Source: Chara braunii (lineage: Eukaryota; Plantae; Charophyceae). From it: a stretch of DNA of 64,000 nt. Location: contig BFEA01000014.1 of the NCBI GenBank assembly GCA_003427395.1, forward strand, positions 3,474,431 through 3,538,430, read 5' to 3'. Below the pieces are notes generated by a model, which had not been told where the DNA came from, did not search any database, and saw only the letters and a program-made list of their open reading frames with translations. Position 1 is the stretch's first letter, and the number at the start of each line of letters is the position of its first letter. Made by a program: the position numbers and the translations under genes. Shown piece by piece: positions 10,591 through 24,000 of this stretch.

Positions 10591-11128
10591 GAGATAGCGA
10601 GAGAAAGCGAGCAAAAGAGAGAGACCGAGAACACGAGAAAGAGAGAGAGAGAGAGAGCGAGAGAGAGAGGGAAGGAGAAAGGGACAGAACATATATCAAA
10701 CTAAAAGCCGAAGGATGAAGACAACAGAAAGAGAACGAGAGCGAGAGAGAGAGAGAGAGTGTGTGTGAGAGAGAGAGAGAGAGAGCTCAGAGAGATACGG
10801 TGTGTGTGATCAGAACACTCACCGGGGGTTAGGCTCCAAAAGCGAAGCCTATAAAAGAGGATGGGACTCGCAAAGAGGGGAAAAAAAAAAAAAAGTCACC
10901 GAGGGGATACTCACACCATAACGTTTTCAACCCACCTCTGGATGCAATTGCGGTCAGCTGCATCCAGGCCATACAAGCGGTCAGATACATCCAGGAGAGT
11001 CGTCGTGCGTATGGGCTGAGGTGAGGGGTCCCCGTGGGGGCGGGAGAAGGGTGGAGGGAGGACGTGGGGAGAGAGAAGGAGAAATGCAGCAGACGGAGGG
11101 GGAAAGAGAGCAAGAGGTACTCCGGAAA

Positions 11129-11192
<64 letters not shown>

Positions 11193-12713
11193 CGAGAACA
11201 CAGGAGGATTACCATCACGGCAAAGAGGAGGAGGTCCCAACGAGAGAGAGAATACTGTATAGGGGAGAGGGGAGGCTTAACAGTGTTAACACACACGCAT
11301 ACCTGATGAGTAATCCTGATGAGTAAGACACACGTGTAGCTGTGGAGATTGATAAGTAGATCGCGATGAGTTCGATCCCGATCCCGATGAATACAAGTAA
11401 TAATGAAACCCATCAGGAATCAGGATCAGCCTCTTCTACTGCAGAAGAGGGCAGAAGCAAAATCGCTCAAGGAAGAGGCTGGGGGAAATTACCCAATCAG
11501 GATCCCTAAAGGACGAGCGAGAATAGGGGAGAGGAGGAGGGCTGAGCGAAACTACCCAAAAAAAAAAAAAAGGTCATAAATACTGCAAATATACGAGGGT
11601 AGGATGTAAAAAAAAAAAAAAAAAGAGAGAGGAGGCCGAGATGGAGAGCCCAAACTGGATTAGAGGGGGAGAGGGAGGGGGGGGAGGGGGGAGGGAGGGA
11701 GAAAGAGAGAGGGAGAGGGAATCCACTGAGGGTGAGGGTGAGGGAATATTCTGAGCGATAGGTAAAAAATTCTGAGTATATCATGGACGCTGTGTGAGAA
11801 AGAGAGAGAGAGAGAGGGAGAGCGAGAGAGAGAAAGGACAGAAAGGGCATCCCAAACGGCTTCCTAAACTGGTGAGGGGAAAAGAGAGAGAGAGAGAGAA
11901 AGAGAGAGAGGGGAAGGATTTGCTGAAGGGGAAACTTACCGACCCATGGTTCTCAAGGGTTCGATGTGTCACATACCTCTGGACGCAATTGCGGTCAGGT
12001 GCATCCACGCCTGGCCGTAAACGCGATCCTTGCCGAGATAGAAGGGGAGAGGGGGAAGGGAGGGGGAGGGGGAGGGAACGTTTTCCCCTGGCGCTGGGAA
12101 GACACGAAAAAGGAAAATAACATTCTAGGAGAAATCGAGAGAAAGGAGAGAAAAAGAGAGAGGGAGGAGCAAAAAAAAAAATCGATTACAAGAGACCAAT
12201 AATGAGAGTCGCCGACTATTGCGCAGATCGACAGAGGAGGACGGGGGCACAGAGAGAGAGAGAGAAAGGAGAGAGAGAGAAAAGGAGAGAACGAGAGAGA
12301 GAGAGAGAGAGAGAGAGAAGTTAAGGACGCGAGGGAAAAAAAATCCGAAAGAGGGAGAGAGCGACAATATCAAGACAGAAACACAGAGAAATAGAGTGAC
12401 AGAGAGGAAGAGAGAGGAGTAGAGCGGAAGAGAGAGGAGTAGAGCGGAAGAGAGAGTAGAGGGAGGAAGAGAGAGAAAGAGTAGAGAGAGGAAGAGAGAG
12501 AGAGAGAGAGAGAGAGAGGGTGAGCGAACCCGCTCCGTCGTTGGAAAGCATAGATTAGGGACCGGTTCGATGGATCTGTTCAACTGATTAATTGGTCTCG
12601 GCTGGACGTAATCAATTAGATGACGGAAAAGAGAGCGGGAGAGAGAGTGAGGGAGAGAGAGAGAGAGAGGGAGAGAGAGAGAGAGAGGGGAAGAGGGAAA
12701 AAGAGAAAGACAG

Positions 12714-12748
<35 letters not shown>

Positions 12749-12912
12749 NNNNNNNNNNNNNNNNNNNNNNNNNNNNNNNNNNNNNNNGGGGGGGGGGAGG
12801 AGAGGGGAACGGCGTAGGAGGAGAAGTGGTGGAAAGGAGATAAAGGAGATGTGAAGCACGACGTACCTTAGTTTCTTTTTCTCCATTATTATGGCATAAT
12901 AAAGCTACTCCG

Positions 12913-12997
12913 ACACGTGTATTGTTTCTCCTTGCGCCACGTGTACTGTTGTTTCTCCTTGCGCCACGTGTACTGTTTCTCCTTGCGACACGTACAC
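12913..12997. repeat. 27-30-bp tandem repeat, three copies, containing CACGTG
   Basis: CACGTGTACTGTTTCTCCTTGCG units. Confidence 0.8.
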
Positions 12998-13437
12998 TGC
13001 ATCGGGATCCTGAATGCTGCTCGACATTTCTTCTCGTTCACACAATCGATCGAATGCGCGACACGCCTGGATGCACCTGATCGTTTTTACGGCCAAGCCT
13101 GCATGCACCTGACCGCAATTACGTCCAGAGGTAGGTCGAAAACTCTATGGTGTGCGTATGAAGCGAGGTACGTCGTTCATGACACACGGCGTACCGCTCC
13201 AGCTTGCGCCACATTTCCTACCTCACCTTTCGTCACGTGGCCGCGTACTTCTCCCACGTGCGTCGACACGTGGCGTCACCTTCTCGGCCACGTGTATACG
13301 GTATGTAATCCCATATGTGACACGTGTACTGCAGTCCAGACTTATTGGCCTTCAGAAAATTCAGAAAATTCAGAAAACTCAGAAAATTCAGAAATTTCGA
13401 AAAATTCAGGTTTGAGATTCGGAAGGACGGATACGTA

Positions 13438-13468
<31 letters not shown>

Positions 13469-13975
13469 CTTTTTTTTTTTGGGAAGGATGGATACGTACA
13501 GGCTCCGGGGGAGATCGATATTTGTATATATAAGACTTAAAAAAATGATTATAATAATTATATAATAATTAATCTCCTTCTTTATAGGCAACAAGAGGTA
13601 CGGAGCACGCCGTTGGCTTTGTCGTATCCGACTGGGACAGAGAAGAGAGAACCTGACTCGATCCTCTTTCTCTCCTCTCTTCTCTCCTCTCTCTTCTCTC
13701 CTCTTCCTTCTCTCCTCTCTTCTCGCCTCTTCCTTCTCTCCTCTCCCTTCTCTCCTCCCTTCTCTCCTCTCCGTTCCCTCCTCTCTCTTCTCTCTTCTCG
13801 ACTTCGACAGACACAGAGGGAGAGAGGGGAAAGTCGAAATGGCTATGGAAGATGCCGAGAGGGGAAAGTCAAAATGGCTCTGGCAGAGGGGAAAGTCAAA
13901 ATGGCTATGGAAGATGCCTTCTACTACTTCGTTCCCCTTTGCTTCACACCTTCTGCGTGCACAGGTCAAGGAACC

Positions 13976-14018
<43 letters not shown>

Positions 14019-14327
14019 CACACACACACACACACACGCACAGAGAGAGTGCGGGAGAGAGAGTGTGTTAGAGAGAGAGAGAGACGGACTCAGAACGTTA
14101 CCTACTCCTCTGATTCCCGCCCACGGAACGATTTCAAAGCCCAACTTTACCCTCTCTCTCCTACCACCCTTCTGCTCCTACTTCTTTTTTTTTTCTTTTT
14201 TTTCCTTTTTTTTTTTTTTTTTCTTTTTTTTTTTGGGTCCAACGGTTCACCACAGTGTCTGCGATCTCCGATCCCGCTCAGACTCCCTCTGTGTTTGATT
14301 TCCAATCCCTTTCCCGCCCCCTGACCT

Positions 14328-14374
<47 letters not shown>

Positions 14375-14749
14375 CTGTGTGTGTGTGTGTGTGTGTCTAT
14401 TGTTTGTTAACCCAAGCTCGCAGTCGAACTTTTAGAATGAAATGTGGCGGAAATGAAGGTCAGATACATCCAGGAAAGCGGTACGGTACGGTCCGCCTCT
14501 TTCCCGCCGATGGTCAGAGGCGCGATACTGCGCACGCCTGTGCGCTGCATGCCTCCCTCGGAGTCGTCCGCTCTGCCACTCTGACTTAGAAGGGATCTCC
14601 TCCCCCTTCCCCTTCCCCCCACCCCCCGCGCCCCCAGGGTGCTAGCAACCACTCCTCCTCTCTCTTCCTCTCGTCCTCCCGTCTCCTCCTGATCCTCCTC
14701 CTCCCTCCTAATTCTACTCCCTCCTCAATCTCCCATGTATGTTTTAGAC

Positions 14750-14796
<47 letters not shown>

Positions 14797-16088
14797 TCTC
14801 TCTCTTCTCCCACTTTTTTTACTATTTTTTTTTTTTGCACTCCGTTACCTTTCACACCCCCACCCCCCACTTCCCACCTCTTCCCTCGCACGTGGCGCGA
14901 CTTAAGCGCCCTGACGTCCGCCGGTTAGCGCCCCAGTATAGCGCGAGCGAGAGAGAAGAGTCGCACTCTCCGCCAGTCAAGCGCACTGACATCTCCGTGC
15001 CGCTGCGCCCCCCGATCTCCGCCGATTTCCCCCGACCCACTCTCACCGTCGATCCTCAGCCCCTTTCCGCCTTCCCCCGATTTCTCCGCCGCTCTCTCCG
15101 CCGCTCTCTCCGCCGATCTGTCGCTCGTCAGGAGCCCCACCCACCCAATGACAGGCAGATCCTCTCAGAAGGCGCACGACCAAGGGCCTCGCCCCACCAC
15201 TGTCGAATCGAGAAAAGTACGACTGCATGGTACCGCAAGGGGTGGCCAGATGCATCCATTGCTATGAATAGTAACAGATGCATCTGATCAGCTTCTGATC
15301 CAGATACACTCGTACTTTTTCTCGTTTGGACAGTGGTGCGGCGAGGCCCCAAGTCGCAACTCCTCCTCCCCACATTCTCTCTCTCTCTCTCTCCCTCTCT
15401 CTGGTCCCTATAGCTGTCTCGTGGGTCCCACTACCCTTCTTCCCCCGAACACAACGCACCCTCATTTTGTCTGTACCTTGCCAGAAATATTGGCTTCTAT
15501 ACATTCATTATAACGGTCCGTTATGTTCGGGGGAAGAGGGACTGCGGCAGGGTACCAGCGGAAGATGGGTCTTTTTTTTTTTCTTTTTTTTTTATAAAGA
15601 TGGGTCTCTTTTTTGAGAGAGGGGGGGAGGGGAGGGAAAGGGAAAGGGAAAGCCAGATGGGTCATCACAGGCCCCACTGGTGCAAAGTTCATGCTTGAAA
15701 CTCATGAACCTGGACGGGGTTGTGCTATATGCTCGTGATTCCATAATAGCCGTCCTCTCGCCTAGAAACAACTATAAGAAGCTCAGCGCGTACTCACACA
15801 ACGGTGGCCTGAAGGACTTTTTTGACTCGTCTTTGGCTGCAAATACGGTCGGATTCATCCATCCGTGACCGTCATTGAGGTCAGATACATCGACGGAAGC
15901 CATACCTGGTAGCGTTGTCGAGTCGGCTTGCTCTCAGGGCATACTAACAATGGTGTGATTTGATTGATGAGTGTGCCCTCACAATACGACTCAGTTGAAT
16001 GAATATAGCCGCCATTGCTGTACTATACATTCAGAACAATTTTGTTTGTCTATTTATTTATTTTTACTTTTTATTTTTTTTATTTTTC

Positions 16089-16139
16089 TGCGCAGGGGCC
16101 ATGCTGGTCTTCTCTGTATCGTTCCAATTTTAACGGATG
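16089..16139 (-). pseudogene. Truncated U6 snRNA retrocopy with an A-rich tail
   Basis: Minus strand reads CATCCGTTAAAATTGGAACGATACAGAGAAGACCAGCATGGCCCCTGCGCA followed by an A-rich tract. It is flanked by TTCAGAA(C/T)AA at 16030-39 and 16142-51, a probable TSD. Confidence 0.85.
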
Positions 16140-16685
16140 AGTTCAGAATAAGTTTTTTTTTTTTTTTTTTTCCCCGTTCAGAACAAGTTTTACAGGCTGG
16201 GCCTAAGTTGTTTTTTCTCCCGTTTGGGACAAGCTTACGTGTTATTATAATTATTGGGCCTCACCGAACCGTTCACCGCATGAGAAACGGACGAAGTATG
16301 CCGGTTGTAACTAGCCACCATTCAGCGGCAGATACATGCACCATCTTGCAGAGAAGTTTATTATACGAGCAAGGAAACGGGCCTGGTGTCCCTTACAATT
16401 GTATTGCAGCCACCATCTTACACTCTTTTTTTTTTCTTTTTTCTTTTTTTTTTGGGGGGAACATCTTGCACATTTGGTGAGTAGTGCAGAGAGGCCCAGA
16501 TTGTTTTTTTTCTGATTTTTTTTTGTTTTTTTTTTTTTNTTTTCTTAAACAAACCGGGAACCGGGCCCATTGTTGGTGTTTCAATGTGGATGGCTGACTT
16601 ATGTAAGACAGAAAGGAAAAGTGAATTTTGAAAGAAAAAACGAATAGAAAGTTAATTATAAAATCGAAAAGGGAAAACAGAGCCT

Positions 16686-16851
16686 GGGCCGTGGTCCCAT
16701 TAGCAAGAGAGCATCCGATTGAATGCCTGAATCTGGACGTGTTCGAGGACAGGAGCAGGAAATCGAGATCGAACTGCTTTTCTGTATTGCGTACAACATG
16801 GCCAGGTTCAGGATTTCTATCCGATCCTCTTTGCTAGTGGGACCACGCCCC
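16686..16851. mobile_element. ~165-bp MITE, GGTCCCACTAGC family
   Basis: TIR GGGCCGTGGTCCCATTAGCAA / TTGCTAGTGGGACCACGCCC. Homologs at 40678-40829, 43552-43717 and 43776-43913. Confidence 0.7.
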
Positions 16852-16978
16852 TGGTTGCGGCACTTGCCATTTGCCCGCATTTTGACCGTACTTGGACATC
16901 GCCGTTGTCCAGATGCATTAACAAAATTGAAGAAGAAAAGAGAAAAGGTCCAAAAAGGACTTTTTTTCCCGGGAAAAT

Positions 16979-17100
16979 GGGCGTCGCTACACTACTCAGG
17001 AAATGCAGAAAAGACAAAACTCATGACAATGTATCTGTCCATGTTCTAGCTGAAGATTCGCTGTCGTTTTGCACATTTTGAGAGTGGTGGAGCGAGGCCC
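16979..17100. mobile_element. ~120-bp MITE (GGGCC-terminus family)
   Basis: TIR GGGCGTCGCTACACTACTC / GAGTGGTGGAGCGAGGCCC. Confidence 0.6.
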
Positions 17101-17692
17101 AAAGGGACTAAAATTCACAAAATTCACAGGATGTCAGAACCGTTTTCCTTTTTTCCCCTTTCTTTGTCTTCTTGTATTATCTTTCCTTTCTCGTCCATCC
17201 ATTTTCCTTATTTGTCAACATTCCCATATATATAAAAGGGGCTACAAAACCAACATTTGGCGACCGACCCCCCCCCCCCCCCCGTCTTCCTCTTTTATTT
17301 AGGAGGCTAAGGTGGGTCCCACGTTCCCAGATCGGTTGCTTACCGTTGGTCTTCGTGATGGCGGTCAAAAATTCGAATTCTGCCATAGTAAGAACATTGT
17401 ATACAATTTGAAATGGGGTGCTGCTCTTTTTTTTTTTTTTTTTTTTGGGAGTGCTGCTCTTTATCTACCCCTACCCGTAGGATAGATTTATTGATTTTTT
17501 CACGTCGAAATTGGACCTGCTGCTCTCGTCCTATGCATTTCGGCTCCTCTCTTCCTGCATATAGTGACATTAGGGGATATATCAATTTTACTGCTCTTTA
17601 CTTCGCCCAGTCCATGCCATTGGGATAAATTCACTGTAGTAGTATTTCTCTTGCTCTCTTATTGCCTATATGGTGGCAGCCTACTTGTCCGA

Positions 17693-18123
17693 GGGCACGC
17701 TCACACTGGGTACCAAAACCGTAAAACTCCCAAAACAATGTGCACAAGGTTGGTCACACACAATGGTTCCGACCCCAAACACCCAATTCGCAAACCCATT
17801 TGTCAGCGGCCTGCCTGGCCGCGGGTTTGAGGAATTTGCGGTAACCTCCAGAGGTTAACGCAAAATCCTTTCGTTTTTAATTTAATTTTCGTAAATGAAT
17901 GCAAAGTTGAAAAGGGAACATGTACGTTCTATATTTGGGGTTAATTCTGTGTGACTGGAAACCCCAAACAGCAGCACCCTGATGGCACGGTAGCGACCGT
18001 GTCTTTAGCGAAATGGGAACGCGGTGTGAACGCAGTGTGACCTGAAACGTCCCAAATACCCCAATTCGGCCCAACCCATTTTCGCAATTTATACGGATTT
18101 GCTACCGCAGTGTGAGCGTGCCC
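17693..18123. mobile_element. PIF/Harbinger-type MITE (431 bp)
   Basis: TIR GGGCACGCTCACACTG / CAGTGTGAGCGTGCCC. Flanks are CGA/TGA (3-bp TSD with one mismatch). Confidence 0.8.
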
Positions 18124-18651
18124 TGAGTTAAGCAGTGAGCATGTCCGTCAAGAGTGTCTTAATTTTAGGAGATATTATCAGGTCTGCCTTTTCTTTATGA
18201 TTTTTTTTTGTTTCTCTTCCCATCCCCTATCCTTTAAAATCGGGATTTCGACCTTTCGGGGGGGGGGGGGGGGTTGCGGCTGGACGGTGCGCTATCGCTC
18301 CGTTCCAAACCGGCGTCGACCTGGGATGACTTGCAAGAACCCTAGGTCACTGCCTCGCCATCAACTCCGCCATCGCCGACGGAGCATGGACGACGTACCC
18401 ACTCATGTCCATGAGTAGCCGGTCTGCGGTTTCGTCCTTTCGAGGTAGCCCTATGAGAGATTAGGAGTGATAGGAGTGTAGAGAAGTGGAGGAACATCGG
18501 GTCTCGGCCATTGGAGGTTGTCGTCAATCTTTATGTTTTGGTTATTTATGGTTTCTCACAGCGCTGGGGATAGCTAGGAGAGATAAGCGGGTCCAGATTT
18601 TGTGATTCCTGTCAGCGGATCGACTGATTCGCTGGGTTTGAAGGGGGGAGG

Positions 18652-19758
18652 ATGACTGATATGGAAGAGGAACGAATAGGAGAGAGAAAAGAGGTCCCTC
18701 CAGGAGTCAACTACTGGACGATGGAAGACCGAGCCCGCCAGTCCATCGGTCAATGCTATGATGAGGGCGTGTTCCCGACAACTTCTACGATAGTCGGGGA
18801 AGTCGTGGAGGACGAAAGAGGGAGGAGATTTCGGGTCAATGAGTCGTTCGACGCTATCAAAGAGAGATGGTTAAAGGAAAGGACAGTTATAGTGATCTTT
18901 CAAGACGAATCTAGGGGTTTGACTAGAGGAGTCAAGGAAGATTTGGTAAGGGCTTTCGAGGATGGTTGGTTCACACGTCGGCTCTTCAATCCGGAAATTC
19001 GCCGCGGTAGAGTGAAGTTCGAAGCCCCTAATGTCGCCTCGTATGTGGCAAAGGCGGTGGAAGTGGCGACATGGATGGTGAACAAAGGCGCTACGCACCT
19101 TAACCTGAGGGGGAAGGAGTATCCAGTCATATTCAAGGCGTGGATGACTAAGGTAGAAATTAAGGAGGTCAGACTGCGGGACGCAGAGACCAATTTTTGG
19201 ATCATAGCGATCAGAGTACCTCTCGATGCAATGTGTTATTTACCTGCCGCGGCGGAAAACCTGATTGGCGGAGTTAAATTGATGCATGCGCCGGAAGCGG
19301 ACCGATCCAAACCAAAGTTAGTAAACGTGAAGATCGATATGGACCCGACAGCGTGCCACTGAGTGGAGGAGTCGCTCATCATCGAGTGGCCAAAAGGGGA
19401 GTGGTGGAAGGTGCAGATTGCAACCCCATTCTCTGAATGGTGCCGAAGATGTAGGCAGTATTTTCACACGGAAGAGGCCTGCCCTAGGGCAGCTTTTGAA
19501 TTTCGGCCTGTTCGTCACCGTTCTCACCGCGTCAACCACATCAAGACCCGCCCCAACCTCGGCAGAGCGAGAGGGCGCCAGCGCCAATTCCCCCAACAGC
19601 AGTTCCTTCTTAGGACATTCGTTCACATTCGGTGGGAAAAGGAGAAACGATTCCCTCAGGTAATCAGCCTCATCCAGGTTCAACCCAGTTTCCTCCACCG
19701 AACCCTGGTCACTTGGTTGATCAATCTCTCATACATAGTACCCTCCCGCTCGCAGTAG
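18652..19758 (+). pseudogene. LINE ORF1 (gag-like with a CCHC zinc knuckle), one in-frame stop
   Basis: ORFs 18652-19362 and 19363-19758 are in frame across a TGA. CRRCRQYFHTEEAC fits CX2CX4HX4C. Confidence 0.8.
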
Positions 19759-20429
19759 GAGGCCATTATCATATGCCCCCTCCTTTGAACAACTCTCTTC
19801 TGCCTCTGTGGACCTCGCCGAATCTCTGGCTGGGCACTTCACCGCAACTACTTCCCTACCAATATCCTGCAGGTTTTTCACTTGTACCAGGTCAAGTCCA
19901 ACCGCTGCATTCGCTTGACAGACCCCTGACGCACCCCCATTTGCACGAGTACCCAACGGTATGCTGCGATGTACAGGAGTTCCACTCTCATTGTTCTCCG
20001 GCTCGATTGGGCCCATCGGGGAGTCGCCCGCATGGAGAGGATAGGCATCATCCTCATTTCTACCCTACGAGGTCAGCCAATCCTTCTCCTTCGGGAGGTT
20101 CTCTCATCAGGAGAAGATTTGTAGGTCAGAGTAATGGAGCAGCCTCAAGAGGCCCTTCAATCTTACGGGGGGAAGAAGGGGCCGGTCGCTATTATCAAAG
20201 TGCAGTACCGCTCGGGGCGTCAGGCGGAGGGAGTATACCAGCTGGCGGTGGACCAGTAACCTCGGTTTCATCGAAATCTAGGTTAGCGATGGGCAGTGAA
20301 GTAGTAGGAGATGAACTTATAGAAGGGGAACATCACAGACGGTTGAGGCGGGAGAGATTATTCTCCTCGACGGGGAGCTAAGGGGGGTCCCATCGTAGGA
20401 GAGAGCATGCTTCGGATACAGGGAGTTAG

Positions 20430-21032
20430 TTAGAATACAGGGGCAATGGAAAGTCAATTTCAAGAGGAGATGCAGAAAGAGTGATAAGATTATTGGTCTC
20501 ACTCGTTTTTTCAAAAGCCCGGGATGGGGTGTTCTTTTTAGGAATGGCCCAGCCTGACGATGGCTCCTACATCCCGTCGGTAAGAGTGGAGAAATCTCCT
20601 TCTCCTTTGGAGATCATCGCCCAGACGAAACATCTGTTTGGCGATGCGTTCCCGATCTGTATCGTCCCGCGATCAACAATTGTTCGTATCATCGTCCGTC
20701 TCGATGCAGAGGTCTACAAGTTATATTTTCTGATGGTGGACGCGAGGATTGACCCCTCGATTGCAGATGGTCTGACCCAAGCTGGAATCAGGTGGTTTCA
20801 GGTGGACGGAGTGAAGGAGCAGTTCAGTGCGGCCCTCGAGAAGATCGCGATCACCACAGAGATATTAGCGCTGGTTCTAATCGATGCGAATGAGAAATGG
20901 TTATTGGAGCAAAACCTTTTCTCCAAATTCCTCCTCGACTCAGTCACGGAAACTTGGCGTTCACCTTCACAGTCCCAACAGTCCAAGTGCTCCTCGCGTT
21001 CGGGTATGCATCAGTCTCCGTTGGAACACTGA
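20430..21032 (+). CDS. Extra domain between the ORF1 knuckle and ORF2 (probably a disrupted ORF1 C-terminus), function unknown
   Basis: About 200 open codons with globular alpha/beta-like composition, ending 67 nt before the ORF2 ATG. Confidence 0.5.
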   Translation, partial: LEYRGNGKSISRGDAERVIRLLVSLVFSKARDGVFFLGMAQPDDGSYIPSVRVEKSPSPLEIIAQTKHLFGDAFPICIVPRSTIVRIIVRLDAEVYKLYFLMVDARIDPSIADGLTQAGIRWFQVDGVKEQFSAALEKIAITTEILALVLIDANEKWLLEQNLFSKFLLDSVTETWRSPSQSQQSKCSSRSGMHQSPLEH

Positions 21033-21099
21033 CACACTTGGGGCTTGAAGCCTCAATCTTCCTCCCGCATCCAAACTCTGGCGGACGAAGAAGCAACCA

Positions 21100-24000
21100 A
21101 TGGTTAAACTCAAGATCGGATATTGGAATGTGAGGGGATTAGGTGATACATCGGGCAGGGACAAGAGGAGAAGGGTGAAGACTTGGCTGTACAAAGAGAA
21201 AGTAGATTGTCTGTGTATACAAGAGACTAAGTTGGAAGAAGTGAAACTGGCGGAGATCAGGCATGGTGGGACGACCCATAGATATGGTCCCTAGCCCAAG
21301 GCACGAGAGGGGGTGTAGGCATCCTTCTACATCGCAACTTGTTACCTCATGTTATCGACTCGGAAGCTGATCTGTGGGGGCGGTGGGCTTGGTTCAAGTT
21401 AAATACAGGGGGAGAGGACTGGTACCTTATGACAGTGTATGCCCTGGCGAATCCAACGAGTAGGGTGAGTTTTTTCAGATCTCTGCAATCTTGCACCCCC
21501 CCAATCTGACAACTTGATCATGATTGGGGATTGGAATCTGTCGCTAGACGAGGCTTTGAAGGAGGGCTCACGATTGGCTGGCCGTACAGATTCTAGACAG
21601 CTTCTCTCGTTTATCCAGGAGGGTGCATTGGTAGATATTTTCCGTTGGCTGAACCCGGATGACCCAGGATTCACTTGGTACTCGAACATTAGGTGGGATT
21701 CGGAAACGGTCACAAGGAGGCGCTTCGACTATGCTTTAGTCAGTCAAGGGAAAGCACAGGCAATTACAGCGGTGAGACTCCTAGGACATCCGATGTCCAA
21801 CCATAAACCGGTGGTGGTAGAGGCTCTCTTTGTCTCGGAGGTAGAGAGAGGGAAGGGTTTTTTCAAGTTGAACAGCCAGAATCTCGAAGACCCATGGATA
21901 AAAGACTGGGTGACGGAGTTTATGGCAGGTTGGCAGTTAGCCCAGGATTTCTTCCCCTCAGCAGCAGACTGGTTGGACGGGGGGGTTGCCATCATATCAG
22001 GTGTAATGGACGTCTGCTCGCGCATACTGGCACGGGAGCGTAACAAAGAAGAAGAGACCTGCAGAAAAGCGGTAGAGGAAGTGGAGTGGAGAATGGAGCT
22101 GCACCCCATTTCAGAAGTTGTCTGGGCGAAAGAAAGAGAAAGGAGATTGGTGGAGTGGGAGAAGATGCAAATGGAGAAACAAGTCAGATGGGCAGACACA
22201 CTCAAAATGAAAGGCTTGGAGGTCCAGGACAAACTGACTAAGGAGACTTTCAGGAAGCTCCTTCCGAGCTCTTCAGTCCATCAGGTGGTGGAACTGGCGC
22301 ACCCCTTCGATGCAGCGGTTTGCCCTGCAACCACGGCCGTTGGTATGCTGGAACATGCTAGATTATACTATTTTGATATCTTGACATCGAGAAGATGCAC
22401 AGACACGATTGACACAGACTTGTCGGAGGAACTCGACATGTGGCAGGATACTCAGGTTAGGTTGACGACAACAGAAAGGCTTGACTTGGACCGACCAGTG
22501 ACAACAGAAGAACTGCAACAGACTCTGAAGCAGATGGCGGTGGGAAAGTGCCCCGGAGTTGATGGCCTCACTGTAGAGTTCTACAGGACACGTTGGGACG
22601 CAATGGGCCCAGCCCTAGTGGAAGTGTACAATGAGGTTCTATCAGGGGGTAGGCTAGGCAAAGGTATGACCCATGGTATCATTTCGCTGATGTTCAAAAA
22701 AGGGGATAAGTCTAACATGCGGAATTATCGTCTTATTTCTCTGTTAAACGTAGATTATAAGATATTGGCGAAGACGTTAGCAATCAGATTAGGACATACT
22801 CTGCCAAGAATCGTGGAGAAAGACCAGGGGGCCTTTGTTCAAGGGAGGTCAATTTTTGTAAACATCCTAACAACAATTGAATCTTTGGAGGTGATCAACG
22901 TAATGGACATGAACTACGCAGCGCTTCTATTGGACTTAGAGAAGGCATACGATCGGGTGGGATGGTCCTTCGTGCTCACAACATTAAGGAAGTTAGGATT
23001 TGGGGAGGGATTTGTACGATGCCAGTGGGTGGTAGCACTGTACACTCTCTCCTCGTCAGCTATCGCAGTCAACGGGCACATTTCCCAACTGTTCTCCCTC
23101 TCACGTTCTTTGAGGCAGGGCTGTCCGTTAGCCCCCCTCCTATTCGTCCTACAGCTGGAGATCCCATTGAATTGCATCAGATGTCATCCGGATATCACTG
23201 GTCTTCGACTGTCAGACAACAAGGAATGCCGCGTAAAAGCGTTAGCAGACGACTTGTTCGTGCTCACAGCTAATACGGAGGCTTCGTTAAAAGCAGTCAA
23301 GTCAGTGTTGTTGAACTACTCTCAACTCTCCGAAGCACTGGTAAACTGGAACAAATCTACTTATGTACTACCGGAACAATTCTCGTTGGAGGTGGAGTGG
23401 GGCATGTCGAGGGTAGTTTTGGAGTCAGGGGAGCGGTTCTTGGGAGTCATGATTAGCTTGCATAGCATGAGTGCAGTTCAGGGGTCAGTTCTTCAGCAAC
23501 GGGTAACAACAAAGATTGCAGTATGCGGGACAGCAGGACACCTGTCACTGTTTGGACGTGTGCTGGTGGTGAATGTAGCCTTACTAACTCTATTGGGGTT
23601 CGTAGGGATGGTAAGGGAGGTCGCCCCATTAGTTGTGACAGACATTTGGAGGTCGATCGCCAGGTTTGTATGGAAACCACGGGCAGGGGCCAGGGAAGGG
23701 TTTATCAGTAAAGTGGCGTGGGACCTACTGACCTTCCCTTGGGAGGAGGGTGGCTTGGGACTAACAGACCCTGCTAGGAAGAATCAGGCCCAGCTGCGAT
23801 CTTGGATTGGCAAGTTGGCAATGGTAAAAGGAGACGAGGACTGGATACTGCTGGCGGAGATGATCTTAATGAAAGAGTGGGGTTTGAGCAGAGCGGAGGA
23901 TGTTTGGCTATGCGTGTTCACCAAGTCCTTTTTGAAGCGGAAGCTGAAATCGGAATTCTGGGAGGCTGTCAGGAGAGCATGGTTGAAGCACCCCCCGGAC

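Noticed and set aside
11302-11330. Tandem CTGATGAG motifs as a hammerhead
   Set aside because: There is no stem II and no downstream GAAA.
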